DNA of 64,000 nucleotides from a virus (Duplodnaviria; Caudoviricetes): IMG/VR virus record IMGVR_UViG_3300042196_000418; one strand, 5' to 3'. Shown piece by piece: positions 43,660 to 53,248 of this stretch (position 1 is its first letter; each line of letters starts with the position of its first letter). The notes under the pieces were generated by a model. It saw only the letters and a program-made list of their open reading frames with translations, ran no database searches and was not told where the DNA came from. The position numbers and the translations under genes were made by a program.

Positions 43660-43974
43660 ATGAGTAAGAAGAAGTCGCCGATGGTTCTCGGCTACACGCG
43701 TAGCGGCCATCCCGTGCTGCTGCCGACGCGTCATACGCCGGATATGGACCAGTTCATCAGCTGGACACCCGGCGACCACCTCGACGCGTCGCGTATCCTC
43801 GTGGAGCACGGAGAACGCGAAGTCGATCCGATCGGGCCCTGGTGCACGCACTGGGCAGGCGCTCACGGGGAGCTTGGCAAGAACGCCAAGAAGAAAGCGC
43901 GCCGAGCGCGCCGAATCCGAAGCCAGATTCGCGGAGCTGCGGAAGCTACGATCCTCTCGGGCCGACGTCGCTGA
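43660..43974 (+). CDS. Hypothetical protein
   Basis: LGYTRSGHPV...DHLDA motif, basic tail. Confidence 0.65.
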   Translation: MSKKKSPMVLGYTRSGHPVLLPTRHTPDMDQFISWTPGDHLDASRILVEHGEREVDPIGPWCTHWAGAHGELGKNAKKKARRARRIRSQIRGAAEATILSGRRR

Positions 43975-44003
43975 CACGCACTGAAAACGCGAACGACCGC
44001 CGA

Positions 44004-44528
44004 TCAGGCGCCCTGACTCACGATGATGAAGAAGGCCGTATCTCCGAGCGATCCGGATACCGGAAAGTCGGTCCGATTGCGTACGGTGACGATGCCTCCG
44101 AATACGTTTGCCTGGATGATGCCGAACGCTCCTACACCATCAATGGTCACCACAGGAACGACCTTGGCATCCGCCGGAGGGATTCCTCCGAGGGTCAGGT
44201 CGTACGTTCCAAGCGACGTTCTTGCAATGGCCGAAAATCCGGTGTTGGCCAAGACGGTGCCATCGGCGGCAACATGTGCAACTGCAAGGATCGGAGCCCC
44301 ACTTGCGGCAGGCCCCGTCGATCCCGTCGATCCTGTTGGACCTGTCGGTCCAGTCGGCCCCGTCGGACCTGTGGCACCGAAGCCCGTCGGTCCCGTAAAT
44401 CCCGTCGGTCCGGTGTCACCGTCGTGACCGCGGTGACCGCGATGGCCGCGGTGACCACGCTCTCCGCGCTCGCCGCCCTCGCCTTCACAGTCGTCGCAGT
44501 TCGGAATGCGTGGGGTCAAATCAGCCAT
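44004..44528 (-). CDS. Collagen-like protein A
   Basis: CDDC, then about 18 Gly-X-Y triplets (GER, GHR, GPT), beta-rich C-terminal head. Confidence 0.85.
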   Translation of the reverse strand: MADLTPRIPNCDDCEGEGGERGERGHRGHRGHRGHDGDTGPTGFTGPTGFGATGPTGPTGPTGPTGSTGSTGPAASGAPILAVAHVAADGTVLANTGFSAIARTSLGTYDLTLGGIPPADAKVVPVVTIDGVGAFGIIQANVFGGIVTVRNRTDFPVSGSLGDTAFFIIVSQGA

Positions 44529-44560
44529 GCACGAAGGCTATCAGCGCCCTCGATCGAAGG

Positions 44561-44599
44561 CCAAAAACCGGCGAAGTCTACCAAAAACCGGCGAAGTCT
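44561..44599. repeat. Tandem 19-bp repeat CCAAAAACCGGCGAAGTCT x2; third copy at 45860-45877
   Basis: Directly visible upstream of both collagen-like genes. Confidence 0.85.
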
Positions 44600-44967
44600 T
44601 ACTGCGTACGCCCGTACCGATCTTCCAGCCTCACAACATCCTCCAGTTCTGGTGTCGACACCTCGAGCACGTCTGTATCTACGACGGCTAGCATCCGATG
44701 CCGCAGACCAGGAGCGATGTGGAACGGCTCACGCGGTCCCAGCTCGCGGACACGCGGCTCCTCACCCTCGGCGAAGAACTCGAACCTGAGCTGACCGGAA
44801 AGGACCATGATCGTCTCGTCCTTCACCAAGTGGTACTGGAGCGACAGGGCCTCCCCAGCTTTCACATGGAGGATCTTACCGACGTAGCGCGAGGTCTTGG
44901 CCCAGATCAGCTCATGGCCCCAGGGCTTGTCGACGACCGTGGACTTGAAATTCGTGGGTTCTTGCAC
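44599..44967 (-). CDS. Cupin, mannose-6-phosphate isomerase type II-like
   Basis: VDKPWGHE, LSLQYH..K.E, HR, LEVSTP...DVVRLEDRYGR. Confidence 0.85.
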   Translation of the reverse strand: MQEPTNFKSTVVDKPWGHELIWAKTSRYVGKILHVKAGEALSLQYHLVKDETIMVLSGQLRFEFFAEGEEPRVRELGPREPFHIAPGLRHRMLAVVDTDVLEVSTPELEDVVRLEDRYGRTQ

Positions 44968-44993
44968 GCGCACTACATTACCGCGTGGAGGTA

Positions 44994-45827
44994 CTACGAG
45001 TACTCCTCGATGATCCAAATGCCCGGCGACCCATCACCACCGTCGTGTGGGGGATCGTTGTTCGCGGATGCGGCGCCGCTGCCGCCAGCGCCATTGCCGC
45101 TCGCATCAAGACCATCACCCGTGGTGTTGGCCAGGCTGCGACCACCGACGCCGAAGTTGCCGCTCCCTCCGAAGCCGCCCAAAAGGCCGACGTTGCTGAG
45201 CTGAAGCCCGAACCCAGCACCGCCTAAGGTACAGGCTTGGTAATCGCCATCAACGGGCACGCCCTGCGCCGTTGGCCCGATGACGATAGGCGGAATGAAG
45301 CCAGATCCGCCCGTGTCTCCACCCGCACCTCCCCGCGCCGTCAACAGCACTCCACCGATCAGTAGCGTCGAGTCGCCGCCGTTGGAAGGCGAGCCATTAC
45401 CGATCATACCGGGAGCGCCGACACCGACCGTGACGGGACCACCAGTCAAGAACGTATTGGGAGGCGCCACGCTTCGAACCTCGATCGCGACACCCGAGTT
45501 CCCGCCAGGAGCTCCAGCGACGGCAGTTGGATTGGTGGCCCCGATGCCGCCACCGCCACCACCACCACCACTGCCACGCACGATCGCCGAGCGTGTGCCT
45601 GGCGTGGGGGTGTACGTGCCGCTACCAGCTACGTCGAAAACTTGGCGACCAAGCAACGCACCAGCTTCTGGTCCGGTCGGACCCGTCGGACCCGTCGGTC
45701 CGGTGGCGCCGTCATCACCGCGGTGACCACGGTGGCCGCGGTGGCCGCGGTGACCACGCTCTCCGCGCTCGCCGCCCTTGCCTTCACAGTCATCGCAGTC
45801 CGGAATGCGGGGCGTTGAATCAGCCAT
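44994..45827 (-). CDS. Collagen-like protein B with glycine-rich C-terminal domain
   Basis: Same N-terminus as A; GSGTYTPTPG...GGGGGGG...GSPGIWIIEEY. Confidence 0.85.
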   Translation of the reverse strand: MADSTPRIPDCDDCEGKGGERGERGHRGHRGHRGHRGDDGATGPTGPTGPTGPEAGALLGRQVFDVAGSGTYTPTPGTRSAIVRGSGGGGGGGGIGATNPTAVAGAPGGNSGVAIEVRSVAPPNTFLTGGPVTVGVGAPGMIGNGSPSNGGDSTLLIGGVLLTARGGAGGDTGGSGFIPPIVIGPTAQGVPVDGDYQACTLGGAGFGLQLSNVGLLGGFGGSGNFGVGGRSLANTTGDGLDASGNGAGGSGAASANNDPPHDGGDGSPGIWIIEEYS

Positions 45828-45893
45828 GCATGAAGGCTATCAGCGCTCTCGTTCGAAGGCCAAAAACCGGAGAAGTCGAGCTATACATCAGAC

Positions 45894-46277
45894 ATGTCCG
45901 CCGTGATCAAGGTGCCGTTCACGCGCCTGGTCCTGGGCCACCACGAAATCGGCTGTCACCGCGGTCGACGATGGGGCTTTCGCCAGGTGTTTGGCTTTCC
46001 CACACTCCAGAACTTACCCTTCATCCACCTGGGAAGCAGGGTCAAGCGCGCCTACGAAGGCAAGGACACGCCGAGACACGAGGGCTGGCCTGCCCAGCGC
46101 GAAGCGATCCAATGGCTCGTCGACCGCGGACGTGACGAAATCTACGCACTCGACAAAAACGGCATCAACGTCAAAGCCACGCCGTTTCGCAGCTACGCCA
46201 TCACCGATGGCAACCATCGCGCGCTCGCCCTCTACATCTTGGGCGAAAGCTTGGTTCTGGCGCGCGTCAAAAATTGA
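45894..46277 (+). CDS. ParB/sulfiredoxin-like domain protein
   Basis: YAITDGNHRALAL motif. Confidence 0.6.
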   Translation: MSAVIKVPFTRLVLGHHEIGCHRGRRWGFRQVFGFPTLQNLPFIHLGSRVKRAYEGKDTPRHEGWPAQREAIQWLVDRGRDEIYALDKNGINVKATPFRSYAITDGNHRALALYILGESLVLARVKN

Positions 46278-46761
46278 AACAAGAGCCTGCTACGTCGATG
46301 CTACGGACGTCAGATCTCTCTGGCCGTACCACTCTTGGATGAGGGCGCGTCCGAACGGAGCATGGTTCCCCGCAGAGGCTGCCGACGATTTTGTCGATCA
46401 TCTCGTCGAGATCTTGATCATCCATCCCCAGAGCGATCAGCTCCGCGTCGCGCGCGCTGTTGATGCGGTCCTCGGAGTCGCGTAGCTCCGCGGCGATCAA
46501 GCAGCGTTGGCAGCTCGCACCCAGGCAACCGCCACACGAAGCTTCTACCAGGCGTGCGCAACGCTCTACGATGCAGACGCCCTTGCGTCGCGCCGGTGTG
46601 ACCGCTCCCATCAGCACGGTTCCTGCGTTACCTCCTGACATCGAGCGCGCTCCTTGAATGAATTCGCGCGCCGTGAGCTTGAGTAAGTCGTCGCCGTCTC
46701 GCATGGGGAGCGAGCGGAAGGACTCGTTTGCGCAGATCACGCAGTTTCCCTCAAGCTTCAT
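46267..46761 (-). CDS. Cys-rich hypothetical protein
   Basis: CVIC, CIVERC, CGGC, CQRC. Confidence 0.55.
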   Translation of the reverse strand: MKLEGNCVICANESFRSLPMRDGDDLLKLTAREFIQGARSMSGGNAGTVLMGAVTPARRKGVCIVERCARLVEASCGGCLGASCQRCLIAAELRDSEDRINSARDAELIALGMDDQDLDEMIDKIVGSLCGEPCSVRTRPHPRVVRPERSDVRSIDVAGSCFNF

Positions 46762-46766
46762 ATTCG

Positions 46767-47315
46767 TTACCTCCTCACGTCGAACGCGATCGTGATTCTC
46801 GGCAGATCTCCGGTATAGGACGGAAGACGATGCCACGTCTCGCCACGAGAAATCACGAGGCGCCCTGGATGTGGCTCGACCTCCAGCTCATAGTCCTTCG
46901 GCCGGCCGTCGCATGGGCACTCGTACACGGTCGGAGTTGCCGGGCTTCCGGCCGCAACGTAATACACACCCGAGAGGGTCGCGATCCGATGCTGGTGCCT
47001 CGGATGGTGGCTACCCGCGCGATTCACCATGGCCCAGGCAATCGGCGAACGAGCGCCGACCAGCTCGACGATCACCTGGCGAAGCTCCTGCACCGCCGCA
47101 TCGGGCCACGCAAAGAAGTCTTCACCCGATTTCCACCCACCGACATTGAGCGATCCCGTCTTGCGGCCACGATCCCTCTGCATCCGATCCAAGATGATCT
47201 GCTCAAGCACGACGCAGAGATCGGGTCGAACAGCTTCGAAGATGATCGGTTGATCGCGGCACTGCGCCACGAGCTGCTGCCTCAAGGGATCTGTCGCCGC
47301 AACGGCCTGGGTCAT
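46767..47315 (-). CDS. Putative 2OG-Fe(II) oxygenase
   Basis: WAMVN...H.RHQH...LSGVYYV...WH...RITIAFD. Confidence 0.8.
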   Translation of the reverse strand: MTQAVAATDPLRQQLVAQCRDQPIIFEAVRPDLCVVLEQIILDRMQRDRGRKTGSLNVGGWKSGEDFFAWPDAAVQELRQVIVELVGARSPIAWAMVNRAGSHHPRHQHRIATLSGVYYVAAGSPATPTVYECPCDGRPKDYELEVEPHPGRLVISRGETWHRLPSYTGDLPRITIAFDVRR

Positions 47316-47455
47316 GGCCCGTTATCTCACGACGCAAGATTGCTCGCCAGAACCACCCGTCAGCGCCGCCGCGGTGCGCGGCGCTCGGCGTACGTCAAAC
47401 ACGATCGGCTCACCAGGAGATGCCGAGCCCGGTGCACTCATGGCAAAAATGTTTT

Positions 47456-48016
47456 TCACTGGCGCCTCACATCAAAAGCTACGGTAATGCGAGGAAGACT
47501 TCCTTTATAGGAAGGCACAAAATGCCACGTCTCTCCACGGAAAAGAGCAAGCCGACCCGGATACGGCTCTATCTCCAGATCGTAGCGATCGCCGGATCGA
47601 CCGTCACACGGGCATTCGAATACCGTCGGTGTAATCATGTCCTGACTGCCGGATGTCACGTAATAGACCCCCACGAGGGGCGCGGAAAGATGCTGGTGTC
47701 GCGGATGGTGACTGCCAGAACGATTCACCATAGCCCAGGCAACCGGTGAGCGCGCACCAACCCTCTCGACGATCACCTGGCGAAGCTCCTGCACCGCCGC
47801 ATCGGGCCACGCGAAGAAATCCTCACCCGACTTCCACCCGCCAACGTTGAGCGATCCGGTTTTCTTGTGCCGATCACTTTGCATCCGACCCAGGATGACC
47901 TGCTCAAGCTGCGGGCAAAGATCGGGGCGGACGTCGTCGAAGACGATCGGTTGCTCACGGCACTGCGCCACGAGCTGCGTCAAGAAATTCATCGTCGCCG
48001 TGGCTGCCTGGACCAT
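47456..48016 (-). CDS. Putative 2OG-Fe(II) oxygenase, tandem paralogue
   Basis: Near-identical core KTGSLNVGGWKSGEDFFAWPDAAVQELRQVI. Confidence 0.8.
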   Translation of the reverse strand: MVQAATATMNFLTQLVAQCREQPIVFDDVRPDLCPQLEQVILGRMQSDRHKKTGSLNVGGWKSGEDFFAWPDAAVQELRQVIVERVGARSPVAWAMVNRSGSHHPRHQHLSAPLVGVYYVTSGSQDMITPTVFECPCDGRSGDRYDLEIEPYPGRLALFRGETWHFVPSYKGSLPRITVAFDVRRQ

Positions 48017-48058
48017 GGCCCATTATCGCACTCGATGCGCGAGGTCACCAGCGCACGT

Positions 48059-51000
48059 TCAGATCACGAAATTTTTGCGCAGCTTGCTACGCACACGCTG
48101 CCAGTCGAAGACTCCCAGGCGTGCAGATCCATCGTTGACGGCGTAGCTCGCCACGAGCTTGCCGTCCACCAGCGCCAGGCCCGCACAGAATTCAATGCCC
48201 AGCTTTTCGAAGTAGAACGGATCGGTCATCGACACCAGCTCCAGCTTGTCGTCGATCAGCACGAAACGGTGGAGGTACATCCGGCCAGAACCCGGGAAGG
48301 CAACGTCGTGGACGACGAACAGCCAGCCCTCATCAACGCGCACGGCCTGCGAACCACCACGCAGCCGCCCATGACCGTATACCGCGTCGGCTGGGGGTTG
48401 GATCGAGTAGCGCGGACGCGCATCCGCGCTGTCCGCCTCGACCAGGTCGAAGATCGTCGTCGATCCAACATCGCCATTGAGACTCGTCGCGTAGATGAAC
48501 TTCACGCGATCGCTCGCGGCATCAACAATCGGCATCCAGTTCTTCTGCGCGTGGACGCTCCATGGACCCCGCAGTGCTTCGGCACGAACCACCCCTCCGT
48601 CATCGTCGAGCTGGAGCAATGCAATCTCGCGGCGGCCGTCCTCGGTGAAGTCGCAGACCGTCGCCGTCGCCCACCAACCGCCCTTCCACGCGAACAGCCG
48701 TGCGTCCTCGAAGCCGTGGACCGGATAGCCTGTTCGCTCGTCACCCGTCTTGTCCATGATCTCGACGACACGAGTCGTCTTGAGATCAGCGTCGAGATCA
48801 AGCAGGAAATTGCGTGTACGGATGATCTGATAACCCTTGTAGGGCCCTTCGTCCCTGACCCAGTCTTCGGGAGGCGTCGTATAGCTGCCGTTGATGAGCT
48901 TGTAGTTCACGGTGCGAACGATGCAGCGTGCCTGTTCACCATCGAAATAGATCGATGGGTTACTCGCGTTCCAACCCGGCTCGGGAGAGAAGTCGATCGC
49001 TTGCGCCGTCGCGCCGAACAGCTCGCTCGCACTCGGAGCATAGAACGCTCGATTCGCCCGCAACCGCTCGTCGCCGGGCCGGTAGCTCACCGCCTGCTCG
49101 GCGAAGTCACGGCCATCCTCCTTGTGCCCGGAGTAGTACGAAGAGATAGCTGCGCGATCTGCCGCCTTCCAGGTGTAGACATCCTCGTCGAGGAAGAGAT
49201 CGGTCGGAGGCTTGGGCATCTCCGCTGCGACCGTGGCGAACAGACGCGAGACGGAGTGAATGCCCTTATCGTACCAATACTGCGAGATCGCGTAGAGCGG
49301 CTCCCCTCGCCGCGGATCGTGCGCATACGCTTCCAGATACGCTTGCTGGATCTCGGCCCACGGCCGACCGAGCCGTTCCATCATCTTGCCGATGCGGAAC
49401 TTCGCCTCGAACACCTCGTCGAAGTAGCCGCCCATCGTCGCGCGCTGTTCGTACATCTCGAGCGCCTGCGCGGGCTGCCCCAGGCACTCATGCGTTTGGC
49501 CCAGATAGAAATAGGGCCTTGGATCCTTGGGATCCTCAATGCGATCACGGTTGAGCAGATCAAGGTCGCGCGTCCAACGCGTGCGCCACTCGTCGGAGCT
49601 GCGCGTGCCACGATCACGAACGACTGTTACATCCGGGATCGCCGGACCGGTGTTTGGTCCCATCGCGCACTCGTGCGTCCGCCACTTGTAGCGCCACCCG
49701 AATCCCGTGCGCATCACGAGCGGGTGGTAGTAGTGGCCAGGTGAGATGCGTACGCGATACGCGCCAGCAAAATCTCGGCGATGCGCGTCGAGAAAGCTCA
49801 CCAGCGCGGCTCCGCCCTGGAGTACGTCACCGTTGGGCATGATCGAGAACACCGTGGACAGTCCGTGCAGCTCGAGCGCGCGATTTCTGCTCGTCGCGAA
49901 GTCGACGAAGGGCTCCTCGTGCAGGACACCTGGAATGCCGGCCAGCTCGCGCTTGATCAGGTCCTGCGTGCCGTCAGTCGATCCGGTATCGAGGATCGTC
50001 CACATGTCGACGTAGGGCCGATACGACGCGAGCACTGTTGCGATCCGCTTCGCTTCATTCTTGACGATCATCACCAACCCGAGCAACGGCCGATCTGGAA
50101 GAGACGCCGTCGCACGGAGTCCCTGTATGAGGGCGGTGGTCTCCGTGGGCACCGGTGGTGTCTCGGGACTCCGAACCGTCTCTTCGGGCGTGGAAACAGC
50201 CACCGAAGATCGCTTCACCCCAGGCTCAACAAGCAGCATTTGCGGCCAACCCTGAACAGGCACCACGCTGTAGCCGAGATCGCTGACATGCGCGATCAGC
50301 TGCGCGCGCTCACGTGCGAACCACTCGTGGTCCCACGCCTCCAGTAGAAGCGTCGGCCGGTGCTTCTCCAGAGTCTTCGCCGCTCCGCGCAAGATGTCGA
50401 TCTCGAAACCTTCGGCGTCGATCTTGATGACGCCGACGTTGTCGAACGCGAAGTCATCGAGCTGTGCGCAGCGCACCCGCTCTACTCCGAGCACGGCGCC
50501 GAGCTCCTGCCGGTGACGAAGCGTCGAACCACCACCATCCACCGAAACGACGTGCAGATCGAGATCACCCTGGCCGCCGAGCGCCACGTCGTGGCAGACC
50601 ACGTTGCGGAGCTTGGCCCGTTGAACACCCTCGTGGAGGCGATCGTACGTCGAACGCTGGGGCTCGAACGCATGGACCTGTTTGCACTTCAGCGCGAAGT
50701 GCTGCGCCCATGTCCCGACGTGCGCACCCACGTCGACGAAGGTCTCGTCATGCGCGATGAACTGCGTCGCCCACTCGATCAGCGCCGCCTCGGGAGCGCC
50801 ACCGTGCCGCGCGAAGTACGCTTCTTCGGCGGCATCGCGCAGGAGGTAACAGGACCCGGGGGAGAATGCCGGACGAAAAACCCGGAACTTCGCCGGTGTA
50901 AAGTGAAGCTCGGTCGTCTCGTCTCCGCGGGCCTCATGCTGTGGCGTGGCATCGGTCATGATCTGCTCCTCAGCCTTCTCGGCTTCGTAGTTCGTAAACA

Positions 51001-51676
51001 TCGTCGCGTCGTGGCCGGCCTTGTACCAACGGATGGGCAAGAGCTTCCGGCGCTCGACCTCTGCCCAGTCGTTCACCTCCCACGTCACGCGCCCCGTCTT
51101 CGCCAACCGCTCCAAAGTCACCTCCCGCACGGCCTCGTGGAAGGCAAGCACGAGTTCACGCGGCACGACGAGAGACCCTCCGCAAAAGCGCCAGTCGGGC
51201 GAGTCGATCGACGCGCTGGAGACAACGTGACAGCCCGGGATCGCGATCTCGCAACGCGCGGCGACGCGGCCCAAGAAGTCGTCGATCACGTCCGCGGTGA
51301 CCCCAGGTACGTGGAAGATCCCATAGTCGAGCCACACCAGAACGTCCGCCAGTGGGTTGGTCTCCAGCGCGGAGACGAGCCACGCGGTCTTTTGATGTTG
51401 AACGACGTGGTAAGCGAGCGAGTTCTTCTTCGGATTGTCGGCGACAGTGTGATCGACGCGCCGATCGCGGACATGATCGTAGAGCCAGCAGTCCTCCAGC
51501 GCACATCGAAACACACGCACCGGAGCCACGCGGAGTTCTCGGAGCCGGGCGCCGAGACGCTCGTACTCGTCAGGGCTCCGCGGGAAGTCCGGTATCTGCA
51601 CGTATCCGGTCACGACAGCAACCTTGGTTTCGCGCTGCCGTGATTCTTCGTCGAAGGACGCTTTGTCCATTCCCAT
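48059..51676 (-). CDS. Multidomain enzyme: HtrL/WlaTC-like GT + FkbM methyltransferase + GT2 + TPR + beta-propeller glycosidase-like
   Basis: WLDYGIFH/WRFCGG; DVGAHVG/AFEP/KIDAEGFE; MIVKNE/DTGSTDGT; YFYLGQT; NPSI/GFEDARLF/KNWMP/LRGGSQ/IEFCAGL. Confidence 0.85.
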   Translation of the reverse strand: MGMDKASFDEESRQRETKVAVVTGYVQIPDFPRSPDEYERLGARLRELRVAPVRVFRCALEDCWLYDHVRDRRVDHTVADNPKKNSLAYHVVQHQKTAWLVSALETNPLADVLVWLDYGIFHVPGVTADVIDDFLGRVAARCEIAIPGCHVVSSASIDSPDWRFCGGSLVVPRELVLAFHEAVREVTLERLAKTGRVTWEVNDWAEVERRKLLPIRWYKAGHDATMFTNYEAEKAEEQIMTDATPQHEARGDETTELHFTPAKFRVFRPAFSPGSCYLLRDAAEEAYFARHGGAPEAALIEWATQFIAHDETFVDVGAHVGTWAQHFALKCKQVHAFEPQRSTYDRLHEGVQRAKLRNVVCHDVALGGQGDLDLHVVSVDGGGSTLRHRQELGAVLGVERVRCAQLDDFAFDNVGVIKIDAEGFEIDILRGAAKTLEKHRPTLLLEAWDHEWFARERAQLIAHVSDLGYSVVPVQGWPQMLLVEPGVKRSSVAVSTPEETVRSPETPPVPTETTALIQGLRATASLPDRPLLGLVMIVKNEAKRIATVLASYRPYVDMWTILDTGSTDGTQDLIKRELAGIPGVLHEEPFVDFATSRNRALELHGLSTVFSIMPNGDVLQGGAALVSFLDAHRRDFAGAYRVRISPGHYYHPLVMRTGFGWRYKWRTHECAMGPNTGPAIPDVTVVRDRGTRSSDEWRTRWTRDLDLLNRDRIEDPKDPRPYFYLGQTHECLGQPAQALEMYEQRATMGGYFDEVFEAKFRIGKMMERLGRPWAEIQQAYLEAYAHDPRRGEPLYAISQYWYDKGIHSVSRLFATVAAEMPKPPTDLFLDEDVYTWKAADRAAISSYYSGHKEDGRDFAEQAVSYRPGDERLRANRAFYAPSASELFGATAQAIDFSPEPGWNASNPSIYFDGEQARCIVRTVNYKLINGSYTTPPEDWVRDEGPYKGYQIIRTRNFLLDLDADLKTTRVVEIMDKTGDERTGYPVHGFEDARLFAWKGGWWATATVCDFTEDGRREIALLQLDDDGGVVRAEALRGPWSVHAQKNWMPIVDAASDRVKFIYATSLNGDVGSTTIFDLVEADSADARPRYSIQPPADAVYGHGRLRGGSQAVRVDEGWLFVVHDVAFPGSGRMYLHRFVLIDDKLELVSMTDPFYFEKLGIEFCAGLALVDGKLVASYAVNDGSARLGVFDWQRVRSKLRKNFVI

Positions 51677-51685
51677 GGAAGGGCC

Positions 51686-52336
51686 TCAGTAGTTCGCGCG
51701 CTTCGAGCCGAGCTTGTCCTTCTGGAGTACACAGAGGTTGTTCTTGAGCCCGACGAAGAAGTACGGCACGTCGCTGCCGACGATCTCTTTGATCACGTGA
51801 GGTTCTGTACTCAGGCAACTTCCTGGATAGATGTCCTCGATGATGTATAGGCCACCATCACGGAGGAATGGCCAGAAGTTTCGCAGCGTGACCAGTTGGC
51901 TCTGGTCAATATGATCTCCGTCATCGATGATCACGTCGAGCTTGCCATCGAAATCGACGAACGAGTTACGTACGGAGGTCTCATTCATCGAATTGCAGAG
52001 ACACGTTCGGATTCGGGGCTCTGCGAACTGCGTGTCAGACTGCACGTCGCAGCCCAAGATCTGAGCCTCAGGAAACCAATCTCTCCAGGCGCGAAGAGAA
52101 CCTCCAGGCGCGTAGCCTTCAAGCGCATAGCCCTGCATCGACGAGTGAACGCCCGGAAGCATCGTACCGATTCCGATTTCTAAGAAGACCTTCACATGTG
52201 CGCGTTGTGGTGACAGGAGGACATGGTAGAGCTGGGCGTAACCATTGCGATCCTTGTCGCTGCCGTAGTGATTGAAGAGCTGCGCAAGATCCATGAGGGC
52301 TCCGTCGATGATCGGGGTTCGCGGTTCGCTCCGCAT
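51686..52336 (-). CDS. Class I SAM-dependent (sugar O-)methyltransferase
   Basis: YGSDK, FLEIGIG, SLRAWRDWFP, DVIIDDGDH, GGLYIIED. Confidence 0.85.
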   Translation of the reverse strand: MRSEPRTPIIDGALMDLAQLFNHYGSDKDRNGYAQLYHVLLSPQRAHVKVFLEIGIGTMLPGVHSSMQGYALEGYAPGGSLRAWRDWFPEAQILGCDVQSDTQFAEPRIRTCLCNSMNETSVRNSFVDFDGKLDVIIDDGDHIDQSQLVTLRNFWPFLRDGGLYIIEDIYPGSCLSTEPHVIKEIVGSDVPYFFVGLKNNLCVLQKDKLGSKRANY

Positions 52337-52373
52337 TGACGAGATTCATACGTCAGCAGTACAAGCGAGTGCA

Positions 52374-52547
52374 ATGGCGAAGAGGCCCAAGACGGTGATG
52401 CTCACGCTGCGTGTGCCGATCTCGCTTCGTGCGAAGCTGCGTGACGCTGCCAAGGGTGACCATCGATCAGTTAACGGGCTGGTCGTTGCGCTGCTCTGGA
52501 AATCACTTCACGAAGAACCGGCGCAAACGGGCGGCGAATCTTCCTAG
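52374..52547 (+). CDS. Arc-like ribbon-helix-helix DNA-binding protein
   Basis: LTLRVPISLRAKLRDAAKGDHRSVNGLVVALL. Confidence 0.8.
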   Translation: MAKRPKTVMLTLRVPISLRAKLRDAAKGDHRSVNGLVVALLWKSLHEEPAQTGGESS

Positions 52548-52573
52548 GAAGTGCACGATCGTAAAGGCGGACT

Positions 52574-53149
52574 TCATCGACGCACTCCTAAGTACCAGCT
52601 GTAGCGCGGGTCGATTGACACAGTGTCGTACCAGTTGCGCAGGTAGCCCAACACAGCCTCGGTCTTTCGATGATCACCGTGCAAGAAATCGTGGAAGCTG
52701 ACTGCGATCTGATCGACGCACTCAAACAAACGCTCCGGCATTGTCATCAAGATCTCTATCTCGGAGCCCTCGACGTTGAGCTTGAGCACGGAAACGTCGG
52801 CAATGTTGTAACGCTGAAACAGATCCAGCAACGAGAGCGCCTCGACGGGCGTTGTGTGATCTGTGGCAGCGAAGCGCGTCGAAGATCCGTGACCGTTCAA
52901 CTTCATTTTTAGAACGCTGGGAGTCGCTGCGATTGCTCCCTTCCAGATCTCGACGCCCGCGACCCCAGGATCATTCTCGAACGGATCTACACCAACCACG
53001 CGCTTCTTCCCGAAGAAACGCTGCGACCAGTCCCACGAAGCACAGCCAAGATCGACGATCGCGCCGGGATGATCCCACACGCGTCGATGAAGGCGTGTCC
53101 ATGGCTCGCCCACGTTCGCAGCGACCTCAAGATCCGCCTCCTTGATCAT
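52574..53149 (-). CDS. FkbM-family methyltransferase
   Basis: IVDLGC, VLKLNVEGSE, QIAVSFH. Confidence 0.8.
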   Translation of the reverse strand: MIKEADLEVAANVGEPWTRLHRRVWDHPGAIVDLGCASWDWSQRFFGKKRVVGVDPFENDPGVAGVEIWKGAIAATPSVLKMKLNGHGSSTRFAATDHTTPVEALSLLDLFQRYNIADVSVLKLNVEGSEIEILMTMPERLFECVDQIAVSFHDFLHGDHRKTEAVLGYLRNWYDTVSIDPRYSWYLGVRR

Positions 53150-53248
53150 GACCCTCGTTGCTCCTTACGTGTCAGTGTATACTTCCATCGGAAATCGGAA
53201 GTGCATCAAGCACTGGTAGTGTCCATGGACACGTTGCCGTTTCGATCC

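Noticed and set aside
44561-45877. 19-bp repeats as CRISPR repeats, att sites or target-site duplication
   Set aside because: Better explained as part of the duplicated collagen upstream region; no recombinase nearby
47867-51643. Long plus-strand ORFs (625 aa and 427 aa)
   Set aside because: Antisense to the motif-rich 1205-aa gene; no motifs of their own
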